Source: Dimorphilus gyrociliatus
Taxonomy: Eukaryota; Animalia; Annelida
Direction of reading: 5' to 3'
Length of the DNA stretch: 64,000 nt
Assembly (NCBI GenBank): GCA_904063045.1
Contig: CAJFCJ010000005.1
Span: 3,749,689 to 3,813,688, forward strand
Shown: positions 24,376 through 38,600 of the stretch, in pieces
Layout of the letters: every line of letters begins with the position of its first letter
How positions within the stretch are numbered: the stretch's first letter is position 1
Notes under the pieces: generated by a model
Database searches by the model: none
What the model was told of the DNA's origin: nothing
The model's input: the letters and a program-made list of their open reading frames with translations, nothing else
Program-made: the position numbers and the translations under genes

Positions 24376-27300
24376 CTAATCTTCCGAACCGGCAAAAGAA
24401 TGTTTTTTTAATTCGAAACTATGTTCATTCCTCATACTTAACGATATTGCCTCGTGCTTGTCTTTTTGCAGTAAATATTGTCTTGTTCCAACAGAAGATG
24501 GCGCTCTAGATGTAACGGAGCGGTTCGAAAATTGCTTACAGCAGCATTTTGTCACTTCTTTCCGAAAGTCCAAAGTGAATAAACCTATATTGAGATAAAA
24601 TGAATTTAATTAATTTCTTACGGTTAAGATTAAGGAAAGTACTCAATTAATTTAGATGTATTTAATTGGGTATATTTCAAAAAGGTTGCCAACCCCTTAA
24701 AAAAAGACTAATTGTATGCAGACGGTAGTAATTTTTTCCCTAACTATAGAAAAAGATGAAGAAAATCAATAGATGTTTTTTTCTACTTCTTTAAAGATGG
24801 CTAAACACTTTCTCAAACAAAGCTATATATCCCCATAATTAATGGGAGAATGATGCGTGAATATTACAAGAAAAAGGTGAAACAGAACGAAAAGGAAAGA
24901 CGAAGAAATCTTTCTTTTGAAAATAAGGTGGGAACAAAAAATGAGAAGTGTAATATTACCGTAAACTATTGGATCAACGCAGGAGTTGGATACAGCAAAG
25001 ATGAATAGTATTCTTTCCAATTTTTTATCAACAGTCTTTGCAGAATCCCTTTTTTATTAAAAAAGAGAAAAGATAAGAAAAATGAGTTGATAAATAATAT
25101 AAGAAGGGCTTAGAACAATAACAAGCATTATCTTAAAAAGCTACTTGTACTTTTAGTTATTGTTAGTTTTGAGAAAAGTTATGAATCAGTCATAAAACTA
25201 TCACTTATTACTCAAAGTACTGTCTATTTATCTATATTGTAATTTGAAGAAGGTTAAGTTGACTTACGGATCAATCCAATACCACGTTGACATTGTATAA
25301 TAAGGTGTCCAACATAGAATGAATGCGAGAACTAAATAGATTAATTAAGAATTGTAAGTATCCTTTTAGAAATCTCATTAGCACGAAGAAAAAAAAACGA
25401 AGAAAAAGGTACCTATCATAACGGTCATCTTGAGGGTTTTCATTTTGGCCTTTTGTATCTTACCAACCCCACTTCTTCTTAGTTGTTCACAATCCGATTT
25501 CTTCCCTGTTGCAACTCCCCCAACTTGTTCTATAATAATTAATTAATTAACGGAAAGTTATGGGAAAAAAAATTAGCAAATTGAAAGAGAGAAAATGGAT
25601 ATTTCTATAAATTTAGTCTGACTTTAATGTATTAATGTTTCGTCAGAGAATAGCTATTAATTCAATGTCGGTTTATAAGTACTAATGTAAAAAGAAAAGC
25701 TTGGGGTATTATAACTGGTAATACAGCAATTTATTATGCGCATCATACACATGTTGAAAAGAAATAAAAGAGGAAAAAATAGGCGAAAGTTGTCGGCAAC
25801 AATAGCTATTATAAGGAAAATCACATTTAGCCTGAAGCTAATAACTTATGATGTTAATTGGAGAAAAGAAAAAAACTTTGACGTTAGCGTGTCATTCACA
25901 AAACGCAATTAAGCGATGGGGCATTCTTGCGTAAATCAAGAAAAATTACCTCTGCTTTCTCTACTCTTCTTCGATATTTCCAGTAGGATAAGTGTATAAG
26001 TTCCTATAATCACTAATAATGGAACAATGTATACTGTACAAATGTTGAAAACATTGTAGGCCATTTCATGAGCCATTGTTGGGTAAAAATTGAAGGTTAC
26101 GCACTGCTCGAAGCCTTTAAGACGTGGATGCTCTTCGATGTGGAAGATGACGCTCTATATAAAAAATGAGAGTTATAAAGGTGAAAAAAGAGAATATTCG
26201 TTTAACCTATTTAACCCATCTTATTTATTAGTGCGTGACAAACGCTATACCGGCGTTACATTTTCAAATATATTTACTTTTCAAGCTAGTCTCTGCCCTA
26301 ATTAAGAGGGAGGTCTTGTTATAAGAATGCATTCCCTTTCCTTCGACTTTCCGGTTGACCTTAGGGCAGGAAATCGGAAAAAGCAATTGGCTTTTTTCGG
26401 CGTCCCTACCTTGAATAGTTTACTCTAAGAATTTCCTTTTGTTTGCAATTATATTCTTAAACTTCTGCCGTAATCCATTTGTATCTTTAGCTGTTTTAAA
26501 CCTATTTCCTAAAGGTTATTAGCTAAACCAATATACAGTTTTATGTTATCAAAATAGGAATTTTCACACATAGCATTTTGCAATTTAAACAAAGGAATCA
26601 TGACAATTTAATTTTCAACAACAATACTCTCGACTAATGAGGTTCTTTGTCCACGCGTATAGAGTATTATAGAGTATATTTATCTTTCAATCATTTTGTT
26701 TTTTATTGTGTCTTTAAACAAGGGGAGTGAATAAAAGAGAGAGAGACAGAGAAAGGGAGAGATGGAGACAGAGATTGTGTATACTGAAAACGTGCCTAGC
26801 ATGTACCTATATATAATTTTGTATGTTACATGTTTGTATATGTATATATTTATATATACTATATACATAGAAAACTGAGTCTGATAATGAATGTAAAGGG
26901 AAAAACAAAAGGAAAGCGGAATTTACTTATGCTTAATAGTCTTAATAATATAAAAAGAAGAGCTGATGAAAAGAAATGTATTCGGAGCGAAATCCTTCAA
27001 GTAATTCATTTGTTTTTCATTTCATAAACGCTAACTATTTCATTGCACATCTTAGTTAATCTCACCTCCTTTAGCCATCCTTACCACCTAGAATACTTCG
27101 ATATCAGACTAAAATAAATATTTTTATAATGGCCTATTGTTAACATTCTCCTTAAACCCATTAAGTAATCTAGTTATGTTTTTACGCCGAGCTTCCCTTA
27201 CAGAGTAGCTACAGTCATGCAACTTATTGTTATTGAAGTCTATATGTAAAAAAGGCCTACCCATACAGATAACATTCGTAATAATACGTTTTTATAAAAA

Positions 27301-28105
27301 TCATTCAGTCTATCCTCTCTTTCTCTTCTCATACAGAAACTTTCATATACTGCATAATATATAATATATTAGTATATATATAATATGCAATAGAATGTGA
27401 AGAGAATATTTCTCTCTGCCTCTCTCTCGTCTTAATTTGTCCTTGTTCGACCTACCTGTGGAATGCTAGCAGTTATAGAGAAGATCCAAGCAAGGGTAAG
27501 CATAATTTTACCCCTTTTATCAGCGTCGTTTAAACTGAGAGGATGCAAGATTGCAAAATATCTGAAAGGGTAGATATAAGGTATAGAGTTAGGCGCTCTA
27601 ATTAAGTGCTAAAACGACAGTAAGAGGGAAATTTTAGTCCTTGTATTTGTATATTACTATACCAGCTTTTAGTTACTTACGTTACCCGAAATGTTTACTT
27701 AAGCTACTCATCTAGGATAATTACATCGTATTCTTACCTGTCCATTGAAATGCATACAAGTATGAACGATGAGAGATAGATTCCCAAGCTTCTCCAAAAC
27801 ATAAAGAACCTACATCCAATATCACCAGACTTCCATGAAACAGTAATTGCCCAGAAAATTTCTAAAGGTATGCTAATAAAAGTTACCATAAGATCAGCAA
27901 TAGCAAGATGCATTATAAAAAGATTGACGCGTGATTTCCTATGTCTGTTTCTGAACAAAGTTATGAAGACAGTTAAATTGGATACTGCAGATACGAAGAA
28001 AATTATTGAGAAGCCAATAACAGCAACCAGATTATCATCATCGAATGTTGTACCTATTAAATCTAAATGGGATCCGTTCGTAGTATTTTCTAACAACGTC
28101 GCCAT
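24376..28105 (-). CDS. Class A neuropeptide GPCR of the GnRH/AKH/ACP/corazonin receptor family (about 385 aa); exons 28105-27738, 27561-27456, 26154-25950, 25529-25413, 25331-25268, 25048-24960, 24584-24376
   Basis: RKSRVNLFIMHLAIADLMVTFISIPLE (TM2), CISMDRYFAILHPL, QCVT in ECL2, KAKMKTLKMT, FILCWTPYY, SNSCVDPIVYG (DPxxY as in GnRH-type receptors), N-terminal NTT/NGS sequons, C-tail CCC. The exons total 1158 nt in frame. The ORF-track start at 28120 is a TTG; the first ATG is at 28105. Confidence 0.88.
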
Positions 28106-28440
28106 ACGAACGCCTACCAAGAATAGTTGATGGTAAATGCATATTTTAGCGCCTTTTCTCCAGAATCTTATTCGTTGCGGGTAGTCACGTGTTCTCTTCT
28201 ACCCTATTTTGACTCTATTTAGAGGGAAATGTTTATCATTGTCTTAGTAATGTTTTTAATATTTCATCTTTCCGCCCCTTTCCACTACGACTCCTTAATT
28301 TTTCGCATACACAGAAATTAATTTCACCTCGAAGCTGCTTTTAGTGTCATGTATCTTCTAGCTGCTTCTTTTATTCTAGTGTTGGATTTCATAATTTTCA
28401 TTTGGCTTGTAAGAAGTAGAAGAGGCCAAGAAACTAAGGA

Positions 28441-28443
<3 letters not shown>

Positions 28444-28486
<43 letters not shown>
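28444..28486. repeat. (GA)n microsatellite
   Basis: Uninterrupted dinucleotide run; one of many in the window. Confidence 0.95.
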
Positions 28487-28489
<3 letters not shown>

Positions 28490-29151
28490 CCAATATCAGC
28501 GAAAGTAGGAAAGATTAGCTAGGATATGGAAAAGAAAAAGGCAACATATTTCTTTCGTATATTTAGTTTTCAGGTTGTACCAGTAAAATGTTATTGAAGA
28601 AGTAAATAGTTTATTCAAGACATTCTGTCCTGTAACCTTTATGTCTTTATTTACTTCAATAAATTTCTCTTATTTTTTAATTCTATTAACAGAAACTGAA
28701 ATATGCGCTTTAAATGAGCATCGTTAGATACTTAATTGGAATAAATTATGTAAATTGAATAGGAATGCGCTAGGGATTTGCTGCAGGAAGCTGCAAGTTC
28801 CCCGAGCATTGGATTAATTTAGCCAAGTCGAAATGACTCTAATTGGTCGTCGCATATAACCGGAGTAATTTGTGCATGGTAATTCTTTACCACGTGACGC
28901 TCTTCCTTCGTGCAATTCACTCTGTTTTTATTCTCTTTTTTTTTATAATTAACATGACGAGTGTTAATAGACAAAATAAGAATTTCTGTTAAGAGTCTTA
29001 AAAAGTGAATTAAATGTTATTAGCGCCCTCTGTTTCAAGATGATTATTCGTTTATTGGAAAGAAAAAAATACCTATATATAAGTGTTTGAAGATATTTGT
29101 AAACTGAAGATTATAATATTTCATCTGTTGCTTATTCGCTATGTTTAGCCA

Positions 29152-29192
<41 letters not shown>

Positions 29193-29311
29193 TATATAGA
29201 GTATACTTGCATTACTAAAAACTCAATCATCCCTTTAATAAGAAGAAACATAATATATAATAATAATAATGACAATATGATGTAAACGTTATGAAGCTTT
29301 AGAGACAGCAC

Positions 29312-30322
29312 TTAAACGTTAACAGATCGATGCTTGTATGTCTTTTTTTCACCGTGTAACATTACATTCATACCTTGCCCCTTACTTCTGTTTGCATATC
29401 TTGAACCACTACCTTTCAGTCTTCTTGGAGGCTTTGAATCACCAGGTAACTGTCCATGTTTCTCTATTAGAATGTGTAATGTTCCCTTATTTCCACTTTT
29501 TGCGATGTCTTGCCCTTCTCCTCTGACTCTGGCATTTCTTGTGCCCTTATCATCCGACAATTTCCCGTAACTCTCAAATAATTCTTTAGTGGATCCGGCA
29601 TTTTTTTGAGCATATTCTGTTGCTTCTGGTCGTACCCTGGGTGGCTTTGTTTCTACTGGACATGGTCTAGAAGAAAAGACTTGATCCATAGAGCCACGGC
29701 TCTTCGAGGCTATTTCACTCGCCTCAGGTTTTACCCTCGGTTGAGCATAATCATACGAGTATTTTTTCGTCTCATCAAGGCAAAGATGCATTACACCAGC
29801 ATTCTTGGCTGCATTTCCACTTGCTTCAGGTTTAACTCGGGCGGCAGGAAAATCGTTTCTAAATTTTCTGTTTGCAGATTGATCAAGAACTAGATTCATT
29901 TGACCTTGGGACTTTTCAGCAATATTTCTACCATCACCGGATGTACGAGAAGCTAATCTTGGTGTTGTATAAGGATCCTTTGCTTTAAAGATACCGTCAA
30001 TGCTCCCTTTGACGTTTTTCAGAGCGTATTCGCTTCCTTCCGGCCGTACTCTTGTTGTCAATTTTGGTTCTTCAACATAGCTTCTAGCAGAGTCTAGTGA
30101 CAAGTTAACACTTCCCTTGTTTCTAGTTGCATATTCCTGAGCTGCATCCGATAATATCCTGGGTTTAGGGGCTTCAGGGTCCGAGTAGTTTTTATTACAT
30201 TCAGAATCCATGATTAAGCCCATTGTTCCCCTATTTCTATTCATATTTTCGTAGGCCGCTTCACTACCGCATCTACTGAACGGTCTAGGAGTATATCCCG
30301 TGGCAGTATTATTTGAATTCAT
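29312..30322 (-). CDS. Uncharacterised basic tandem-repeat protein (336 aa, nine repeats of about 33-37 aa)
   Basis: Single ATG-initiated 1011-nt ORF, not low-complexity. The repeat is visible at protein level (e.g. PRVKPEASEIASKSRGSM, PRVRPEATEYAQKNAGST) with diverged DNA, which argues for coding selection. Family not recognised. Confidence 0.8.
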   Translation of the reverse strand: MNSNNTATGYTPRPFSRCGSEAAYENMNRNRGTMGLIMDSECNKNYSDPEAPKPRILSDAAQEYATRNKGSVNLSLDSARSYVEEPKLTTRVRPEGSEYALKNVKGSIDGIFKAKDPYTTPRLASRTSGDGRNIAEKSQGQMNLVLDQSANRKFRNDFPAARVKPEASGNAAKNAGVMHLCLDETKKYSYDYAQPRVKPEASEIASKSRGSMDQVFSSRPCPVETKPPRVRPEATEYAQKNAGSTKELFESYGKLSDDKGTRNARVRGEGQDIAKSGNKGTLHILIEKHGQLPGDSKPPRRLKGSGSRYANRSKGQGMNVMLHGEKKTYKHRSVNV

Positions 30323-33300
30323 ATCCCTCGCTATTAGTTACCGGTTTCCGATTAACAATATCTTTCTATTATTGTTTTCCACCTTTCTATTATTACAAGG
30401 ACAGTCCAGAATCTCTTATTTTATCCATTTAAAGGAGACCAAAATCCAAAACGTACGACAAAGCTTGTTGGTGATTATTATCGATCGTGTGTACGGCTGC
30501 TAAGCGCCAATAGATAAACAAGATCCTTGGCGATATTAGGCCTATTGGTTATGATAAAATCACTTTTTTTTTATGCTGTAAGGTCCATTATTAGATCTAA
30601 TTATAAGAGGATTCTATGAAAATATCTAAGTAAAATCATATTTGTTTAGTACCCTTTCCCTATTTTTGCTTTAAAATCAAATATGGTGAGAAAAGAAGAA
30701 GCTGTACGAGTTAATACTTCATAGGCCTAATTATTAAAATAGAAGCGAAAATAGAATATTTTTTCTCTCTAAAAGATAGCTAAAACCTTCGCGTAATTTA
30801 CCAATTTTCTCATCTAATTGCCTTTATAGCGATTAAAGGAAGGAGAAGGATGAGTAAAACAAAAGATTGAAAGAGCATCTACTGCTTTCTGGTTGTCTTG
30901 AATTTTAAATAGAATTTTATCTATTTGTTAATCGAGGTGTTTGCAGTATTTATGAGCAATAAAAAAAAACAACAAGAACAATCATTAAGATGGATTTAGA
31001 AACTTTTAACGCAGCGAGATAGAAATCGGTTTACATCCTTACTGTAATTCTTAAAAGACAACTATAAGATGGGAAGATGGTAACTGAGAAGACAGCTAAA
31101 GAATGTTAATAAAAACGCTTACGGAAAGCGTTATAAGGCTAAAAAGGAAACAAGAGTAATCTACGTAAACTCTTTCCGTAAATTAAACAAGTATTTAATC
31201 ATTGTCTAATAATGAAGAAAATCTATGTTGCTATGAAAATGAAAAGTACTTTTACATAAAAGAAAACAACAAGAACTTTCAGATAATCATCTTTACTTCA
31301 ACCGGAAGTTGGTTGGTATTAAAGTAAGAAAAACAAAAACAGGGAAATAGAAAGATAAAGAGAGAAGGAGAATAGAAACAAATCAAATAATAATTAATAT
31401 TGGTTTTATTAATTGAAACTTTATTTAAGTTTTTCTGTAATTAATAACTAACGATTAATTATAAAATAGTATTTTATCACATAAAAAGAATAATATCGAA
31501 GATTATTCTTTTTAAATTCTATTTATGCCAAGTTCTTACTATTAGAATAGACGCTTTTCTTACTGCTAAAACTCTTGTGAGTTGTATACATTCAGACGGA
31601 CGCTGATATTCCTCTCCTTCCTTTTAGAAAACTAAGCATACATTTACAGAAAAAACCACTAAAGTAACATAAATCATGTATAATAAATTTAAATATATGT
31701 ATAGAATAAACGCTGAGGTTTTTTTTTTAATAGATTATAGTAAAAGGAATGTGACGAGAATATTAAACGACCCATAGAGAAAGAGAGTAAAAATATTATA
31801 CACGAGGAGAAACAGAGAGATAGACAGACAGAGAGAAAGAGAGTGAGAGAGAGAGAGAGAGGGGGGGGGGAAATCTCGTCTAAACCAAGAATAAGAATAA
31901 AAGAACACAAAAATAAATTTATTTTCCACAGGTAATATATTAATATTGTTTGATGAATATTCTCTCCTTTCCACCTATCCTTTCCTGTTTATATCATAAC
32001 TCATCATCAATCGTCTATTCCTCTCTCCCCCTCACTTAATATCTGTCTCTCTACCTAGATCTCTTTTAGAGCTAAGAATTCTTATTAAAATCTATATAGA
32101 AAGTATTAAAGCTCGAAATATACGCAATTTCGTAAATTGTTATAATCAACTAATTCATAACGTTCCATACAACAAATAAATTTCTAAACGGAGAGATAGA
32201 GAGAGATCTATTATCGGGGCGCCACCTATCTGCAGAGTATAATTAAAGAGTGTATGGAAATGAAAAAAAAAAGTGAGAATTTATTTAAGAATAGGAAGAT
32301 TGAAAAAACGAGGAGGTTGGGAAACGCAAGACCCTATAAATAAAAAGAAGATAAGGAGCAGAATAACTGGGTCATTAGCGTTGGGTTCGTTGTCAATCCG
32401 GAAATATTGTGACACTAAAGTAATGGCTATACTAGAAGTTTTTTTCATTTCCTAACATGCAACAGATTTCCTGCTAAAATATTCCATACAGTCATAAAAT
32501 TTCAAGACTTGAGACTGTATTACTCGAGTAAAGGAACAGACGTCACGACTAATAAGAAATTCAATAACACACTAAAGCCTAACAGAAACGTGTTCTAAAT
32601 AATAAAAGAAAAAGCAAAGATCCCTTACCCTCCTATTTTCCCTACAATCCCACCTTTCATACTTCATTCAGCATAATCAATTATATGATAATAAATTTTT
32701 AGTATATAGTCTCAAGATTACACTAGGATAGCAAAGATATGAATACACAAGCGCGTCATCTGGCGGCTCATCATTGCCAATTTCTAACGCGTCACAAACT
32801 AATAACAATAGAAACGGTAAATCCGTCAAGCTTTGGAAAGGGACCGATCGAACGCGGTGGTGCTATTTAATCAGAAAGTCGCTTATTTTCTCTACTTATA
32901 TCACACATACTTTATTTGTATACTGTATACAGATATACTTGTATAAATATAACTTATTCCAAACTAGGATATATATACGGAGAGTATATCCTATATATAG
33001 TTTTAGGTTGTATTATTTCTTTTGCATCAGACGTATACACTGAAATTACAGTAATATTTATGAATATCAATTGACAATAGGGTGGATATTTTAAAATTTT
33101 GATTTATTATGTAAAACGAATAAGACAAGTCATCTATAGATGGTATAATGTTTAAAAAAAATTGCATATATATACATATCATATACTTTTAAGGGGTATA
33201 ATCTTACAGATACAAACGCCAAAGGATGATTAGTCAATACGGGAATCCTGTGATAATCTGATGACTGCTAATCAGCAAATCCTTTAGTTTAAAGCTATTG

Positions 33301-34380
33301 TTCTCTTGAAAGGGGATTGATAATTGGGTATTGCCAAAAGATTTTTACTTCTAAAGTGCTTATTGACGTAATAATTTTTTTCAAAGAGGAAAAAAAAAGG
33401 CGGTAGTCTCTTTTCCCATTTACGAATGGCTATAAAGACGAGACCACGATTAATCAACTAAAGTTGATTAAATGAATCAAGTGAAAAACAAAAGAAAAAT
33501 GTTCCAGATTCACCTGCAAATCATCTGCAATATATCGCCGCACCACTTCGTATTGTTTACTGACTTTTATTTGCACTCTTTCCCCGATTGCTGCTTTTCC
33601 TTGTTGTTTTTTATGCTCCGTAACCTGAATACGTAGGCTTTCATCTATATGAAATAACCCGTTTGAAGGCCTAGAAGGGGTGACGCCTCCGGTATAGGAT
33701 ATACAGTTATTTTTTTACCTATAGCACTAATTGATTTCTCCTAATATACACTTGTTCAATGTTAAATTGATCGGTGTGTCAACAGGCGCTTGCCTTTTTT
33801 CTTAGCCTCTTCTGCAATATAACAACAGCAACAGAAGTGTGATTAATGTAAAAAGTAGGAAGGTACACGCGAATTTCATGTCTGGTTAGTCACGGTCCTT
33901 TTCAGGTTGAAATTAATGCAACTATTTTTAGCTGACTTGACATGCAATTCACATTGAAAGGTGCGCTATCGAACTGTTGCTTTTTTGCAGTGGAGGCCGA
34001 AGCGATTAATCTAGAGCTCGTAAAGAAGGAAACGTGACAGCAAAATCACTGCTTTTCTTAAGGGTGAAAATTTTTTTATCAATAAGCCTGTCCCGTTTGA
34101 AAGGAAAAGTACGATGCATACTTTTCATTACTTTCGATTTCTTTTACACTCAGTCTCTTTTTTTCTCTTTCTCTTTTGCCCAGTTTCTGTAAATATCTAC
34201 CTCTTATTCTCTCGTTTTCTTCTTTTATATTTTTCTCCTCTTTTTTTTTTCATCCATTCTTCTTTCCTTAAATACACTTTGTATAGTTTATATTTATAAA
34301 CATTGTATACTGTTTGCAGAATCTCTTTATTCCGACATTTTTCTTTAATGCCGGTTAGTTCTTTTTCTTTCCTCTTTTCT

Positions 34381-34411
34381 CTTCCTCCCCCTTTCCCTCT
34401 CTCACTCCCCT

Positions 34412-34463
<52 letters not shown>

Positions 34464-34484
34464 CCCTCCCTCTCTCTCTCTCTC
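34381..34484. repeat. CT-rich / (CT)n simple repeat
   Basis: Direct reading; it explains the spurious SLSLSL ORFs. Confidence 0.9.
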
Positions 34485-35610
34485 TTAACACTCTTTCCCA
34501 AAACAGCTTGGTTTAGAGTGAGGACTCTAGTTCAGTATGCTAAATAATTGCGCGCCACGCACAAGGAAAGCACTATTAATTTCTACTTTTCACTAGTCCT
34601 ATAATTTTGCAGTTTTTGTATATACAAAAGCTATTAGCTTACGTGTAAGCGTGCCATTCGAATCGTTTGGGGGGAAAGTTGTCAATAAAACTTAATTATA
34701 CTCTATTTTGTTTCGGCCTATTCGGACGACGTTATTCGGTCTGGTAAATAAATAATGAGGCAGGGAGAAAGGAACGTCCTTGCATAGAAAGTATTTGCCA
34801 CGAATATGTGGCAGTTAGCTAATTTGATAAATGTTCTTTACGGAAGAAACTCTAAAGCTTCTCTCGGAATTAGGTTGAAATTAAGGTCGGTAAAGGTCTG
34901 CTTTGTCTAGAGCAAAGTTTCTACCTACTAGGCCTAAGTTGTCCCAGCAGATCTACCATTAAAAAGTAACTGATCGATAGATGGCGTTTAAGTAGAATTT
35001 ACAAAGATCCGTATATTAAAAGATGTCACGAAACAGCTTCATATCTAACAAGACGAAAATAGGCAGTATTTTTTAATTGGTTAAAAATATCATGTTTGGA
35101 AAAATTTTGACAGCCTATGCAACAGAAGTATCAACAACTTCAAAATTAGTTGTAATAATAGCAAAACTCTAAAGAAGAAGAAGAATAAAAGGAAGGAGAT
35201 AAAGAGATATATCTATACATATAAATTTATATATGTATATATATATAAAAAGGAATAACTAAATTATTAATTGAAAGATAAAATGTATACAAATTCTTTT
35301 TTATCTTGTAAAAATTTTATTAAAATGCGACGTGTAGACAAAATTAATAAATGAAATATTAATGAAGTATTTACTACATTGAACTATTATATTAAAATTT
35401 ATGTATGTTATGAATTAACATAAATTTATTTGTATTGATATTATTTTTATCTATAAATAGATGCAAATATATAAAAATAGATATATAAATATATATATAA
35501 ATATATACATGTATTTATATATCCTCTATATATTTTGTTATTTATGGTTATACTAAACGCTATAATTTTTTATGTAGGTGAATAAATGACCTACTGTGAC
35601 GTAATTTTTT

Positions 35611-35652
<42 letters not shown>

Positions 35653-38600
35653 AGTTGTTTCCTTTCCCACCTTCCACCTTTCCCTGCCACGTCCTCTCTC
35701 TTTCTCTCTTTCTCTCTCACCCATTCACCCTTATATAAACTGTATATAAAGGTTATTTATGGAGGAGAGCGAGACAAACATACTGTAATAAAAAAAGAAA
35801 ACAGTTTTTTTTGTCTTGAATGATTTTCGCAAATTGTAAAATAAAACAGCATAAAAAAAATCAGGAGAAAAAATTGGGGATAAAATATTATCGCAATTGT
35901 TTAATGGTAATTTGATGATTTAATATGAGGACGCAGGAGTTTAATGGCTCTTTATATAATGTTCCGGTCGCTTTTATTATCGCATCGTTTATTCGTTATT
36001 TGCTTCTATTTTTTGCGCCTCGCCGCCCGCTTATTGTTGTGGCTATATTTCGCTTGTTTTTTTTTTTGCCTTTTCCTACCCATTCTCGTCGACCCTCTCG
36101 CCTCAAACGAACACTACCTTTCTTCTTTTTATCCTGCTAATCCTCTTCCTCTTGGTTTGACTGAATATATTTCTTTTTCATTTTTTTTTCATCTTCCATT
36201 ACTTCCACCCCCTCCAACTCTTCAATTACTCCTCCACCCCTTTGCCCTTCTCTACTGTGACCTTCCCGTGCAGATCAATTTATGAAAGGAAAGGATATTT
36301 TACCGCAACGTTTAAGAAAAAAAACGATTTTTATTTAGAAAAGTAAATTCGACATTAGACCTATGAGCGGAACACGTGACTTCCATAAAGAATAATTATT
36401 ATGCAAGGAAGGGCTTCTACAGGAAAGACTGTTGCATGTTTTATGTAGAATATATATATATATATATGAAGTATATAAAATATATGGAGTATAATGAACT
36501 GTATATAGTAATATAAACTGTAGTTTGTGAACATTAAGTACTGAATACAATATCTAGGAAGTGATTGAAAAGATCTTTCAACGTGTGCGTTAGTATACTC
36601 TTGATTACACAATAGCAGAAGAAGAAGACTATTATATATTCAATACATTTGTATTTGTATTATAAACAATAATTTTATGACTTATTCCCCTATTACCCTA
36701 TCAAAATATTTTTATAGGTTCTACTAGCTTTACAAAGAAACAGTAAAAAAGGTTAAATTAGATTCCACACGTTTTGTATCATATACATAGAATTTTACTA
36801 TATACCTCATTTCCCATCTATCTTTCTCTTCTTTATCTTATATATATATCTTATATTTTATATAAGCTTTAAGTATATTCAGGTTTGAAAGCATCTCTTG
36901 TTACAAATAGATGATATAATGCACTAGGTGTCCCATACATTATGTATAGGTTCGTTGTTCGAAAAGAACAAGAGATAGAAACAGGAAAGGAGACAGAGAG
37001 AAAGAGAGAAAGAGACAGACAAATATACAGAAGGAGAGAACGTTTGAAAATGGAAAGTTAAGAGAAAAGAAACATGTGGAATATTTGATGATTTCACGAG
37101 GCGATGTCCTTTATCTAGATTAATCTTACAAAAGTCCTTCTCTGCTTTCTTAATGACTAGAAAATATTTTCCTATGAATTGTTTCGTATTATATTTCAGC
37201 AATTACAAAGGCTATTATTAAAGGCGATTAATAAGAAACATCACTTCCTAAACTAAATAGCCTATATTGTATTTAATTGAATACGCTATTTGAGAGTGTG
37301 GCTTTTTTTCCACCTTTGATGTAGTATAAATGTTGTCGTTTCCTCACCATATACCATATTTTTTTTATCCAATATCGAATAATTCCATTAAATGGTATAA
37401 ATTACAAAACATACTAGTTTTTATATATACAATACTGACAGAGAATGTTGCCTAGTTTATTAATCTCTATGAAACATTTACATAATATGCACGTGTGTGC
37501 ATAGTTAATAACCATACTTGAATAAACTATATACTGTGTACAAGACACTAAAAACTATGTAATTTATATATCAGTTATTGTTTTTTAAAAAAAACAACAA
37601 CAACAAAGAGGAAAACAAAGAAATTAAAAAACAATCTAGGAATATTCAAATAAAAGTAGATCAATTAAATTGTATATGTTTTATAGAATTATTTATATAT
37701 CAACTCAGGAAATGTACGCATCAGACTTCATACACTTTTCTAGGAATCGAAAAGTGTTACTTTTCCACTTATTTACAAACGGCTTCGTGTTCATTACAAG
37801 ACAAAAATTCCAGTTATTACTATGTTATAAAGGCGTTAAGAAAACGATCAATAATTATTATCAAGTGCTGTACGCTGGAAATAAAGTGTTGCTGAGCGAG
37901 ACAATAGCACGAAGCCATAAATGGACGACACTTTGCAGTATTCTCTTGCAGATTCATTGCGCGCAATTTTTAAGTCACTTCTGAAAATATAATTATAGCA
38001 CAGGCTACTTTTTTTTTATCTTAGTCCTTTTGTTGGAAGTGTCTTGCACAACCGCCTTAGTAACGTGACAACGTCAATTATTATCATTAGAGAAATAATG
38101 TTAATTAAAAATGGCTGTAGCGTCTTCTAACGAACCATGGCATTTTATATACTCCATAATATATTATTCATTTGTTAATCACATTCTGTATTATGTACCT
38201 GCCGCTTACATAACGCGGAAATAACAATCCAACTAAACCTTTTATATATTTGCTATGAGAGATGTATAGATTTTATACTGTACATATATACGCTCAGTGG
38301 CAGATGTCTTTCTACCTCTTCCTCTCTTCCTGCCTTTTGCCCTCTCTCTCTCTCTCTTGTTCGCTCATATTTCTTATTACCTTTAAGAATTCAGGGTATA
38401 TTCGTACTAAAAGAGATTAAATTATATATTAACATTTATTACACATAGTAGAACTCTGGATATTCTTAAATATTACAGTATAGACACACATTTTCTATAT
38501 CAATCCACATAGAAAAATATATCTATATTTAAATATATAAATATATATATATTTATCTATGACGTTTTTTGTCACTGGTCCGTAATTAGGCCTCAGGCTG

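Noticed and set aside
33221-33285. Imperfect inverted repeat as a pre-miRNA or MITE
   Set aside because: The stems are short and broken by large bulges, with no target-site duplication or second copy.
32400-35000. Microsatellite-poor stretch with many E-box and homeodomain-like words
   Set aside because: Short motifs are expected by chance; enhancer status cannot be supported without conservation data.
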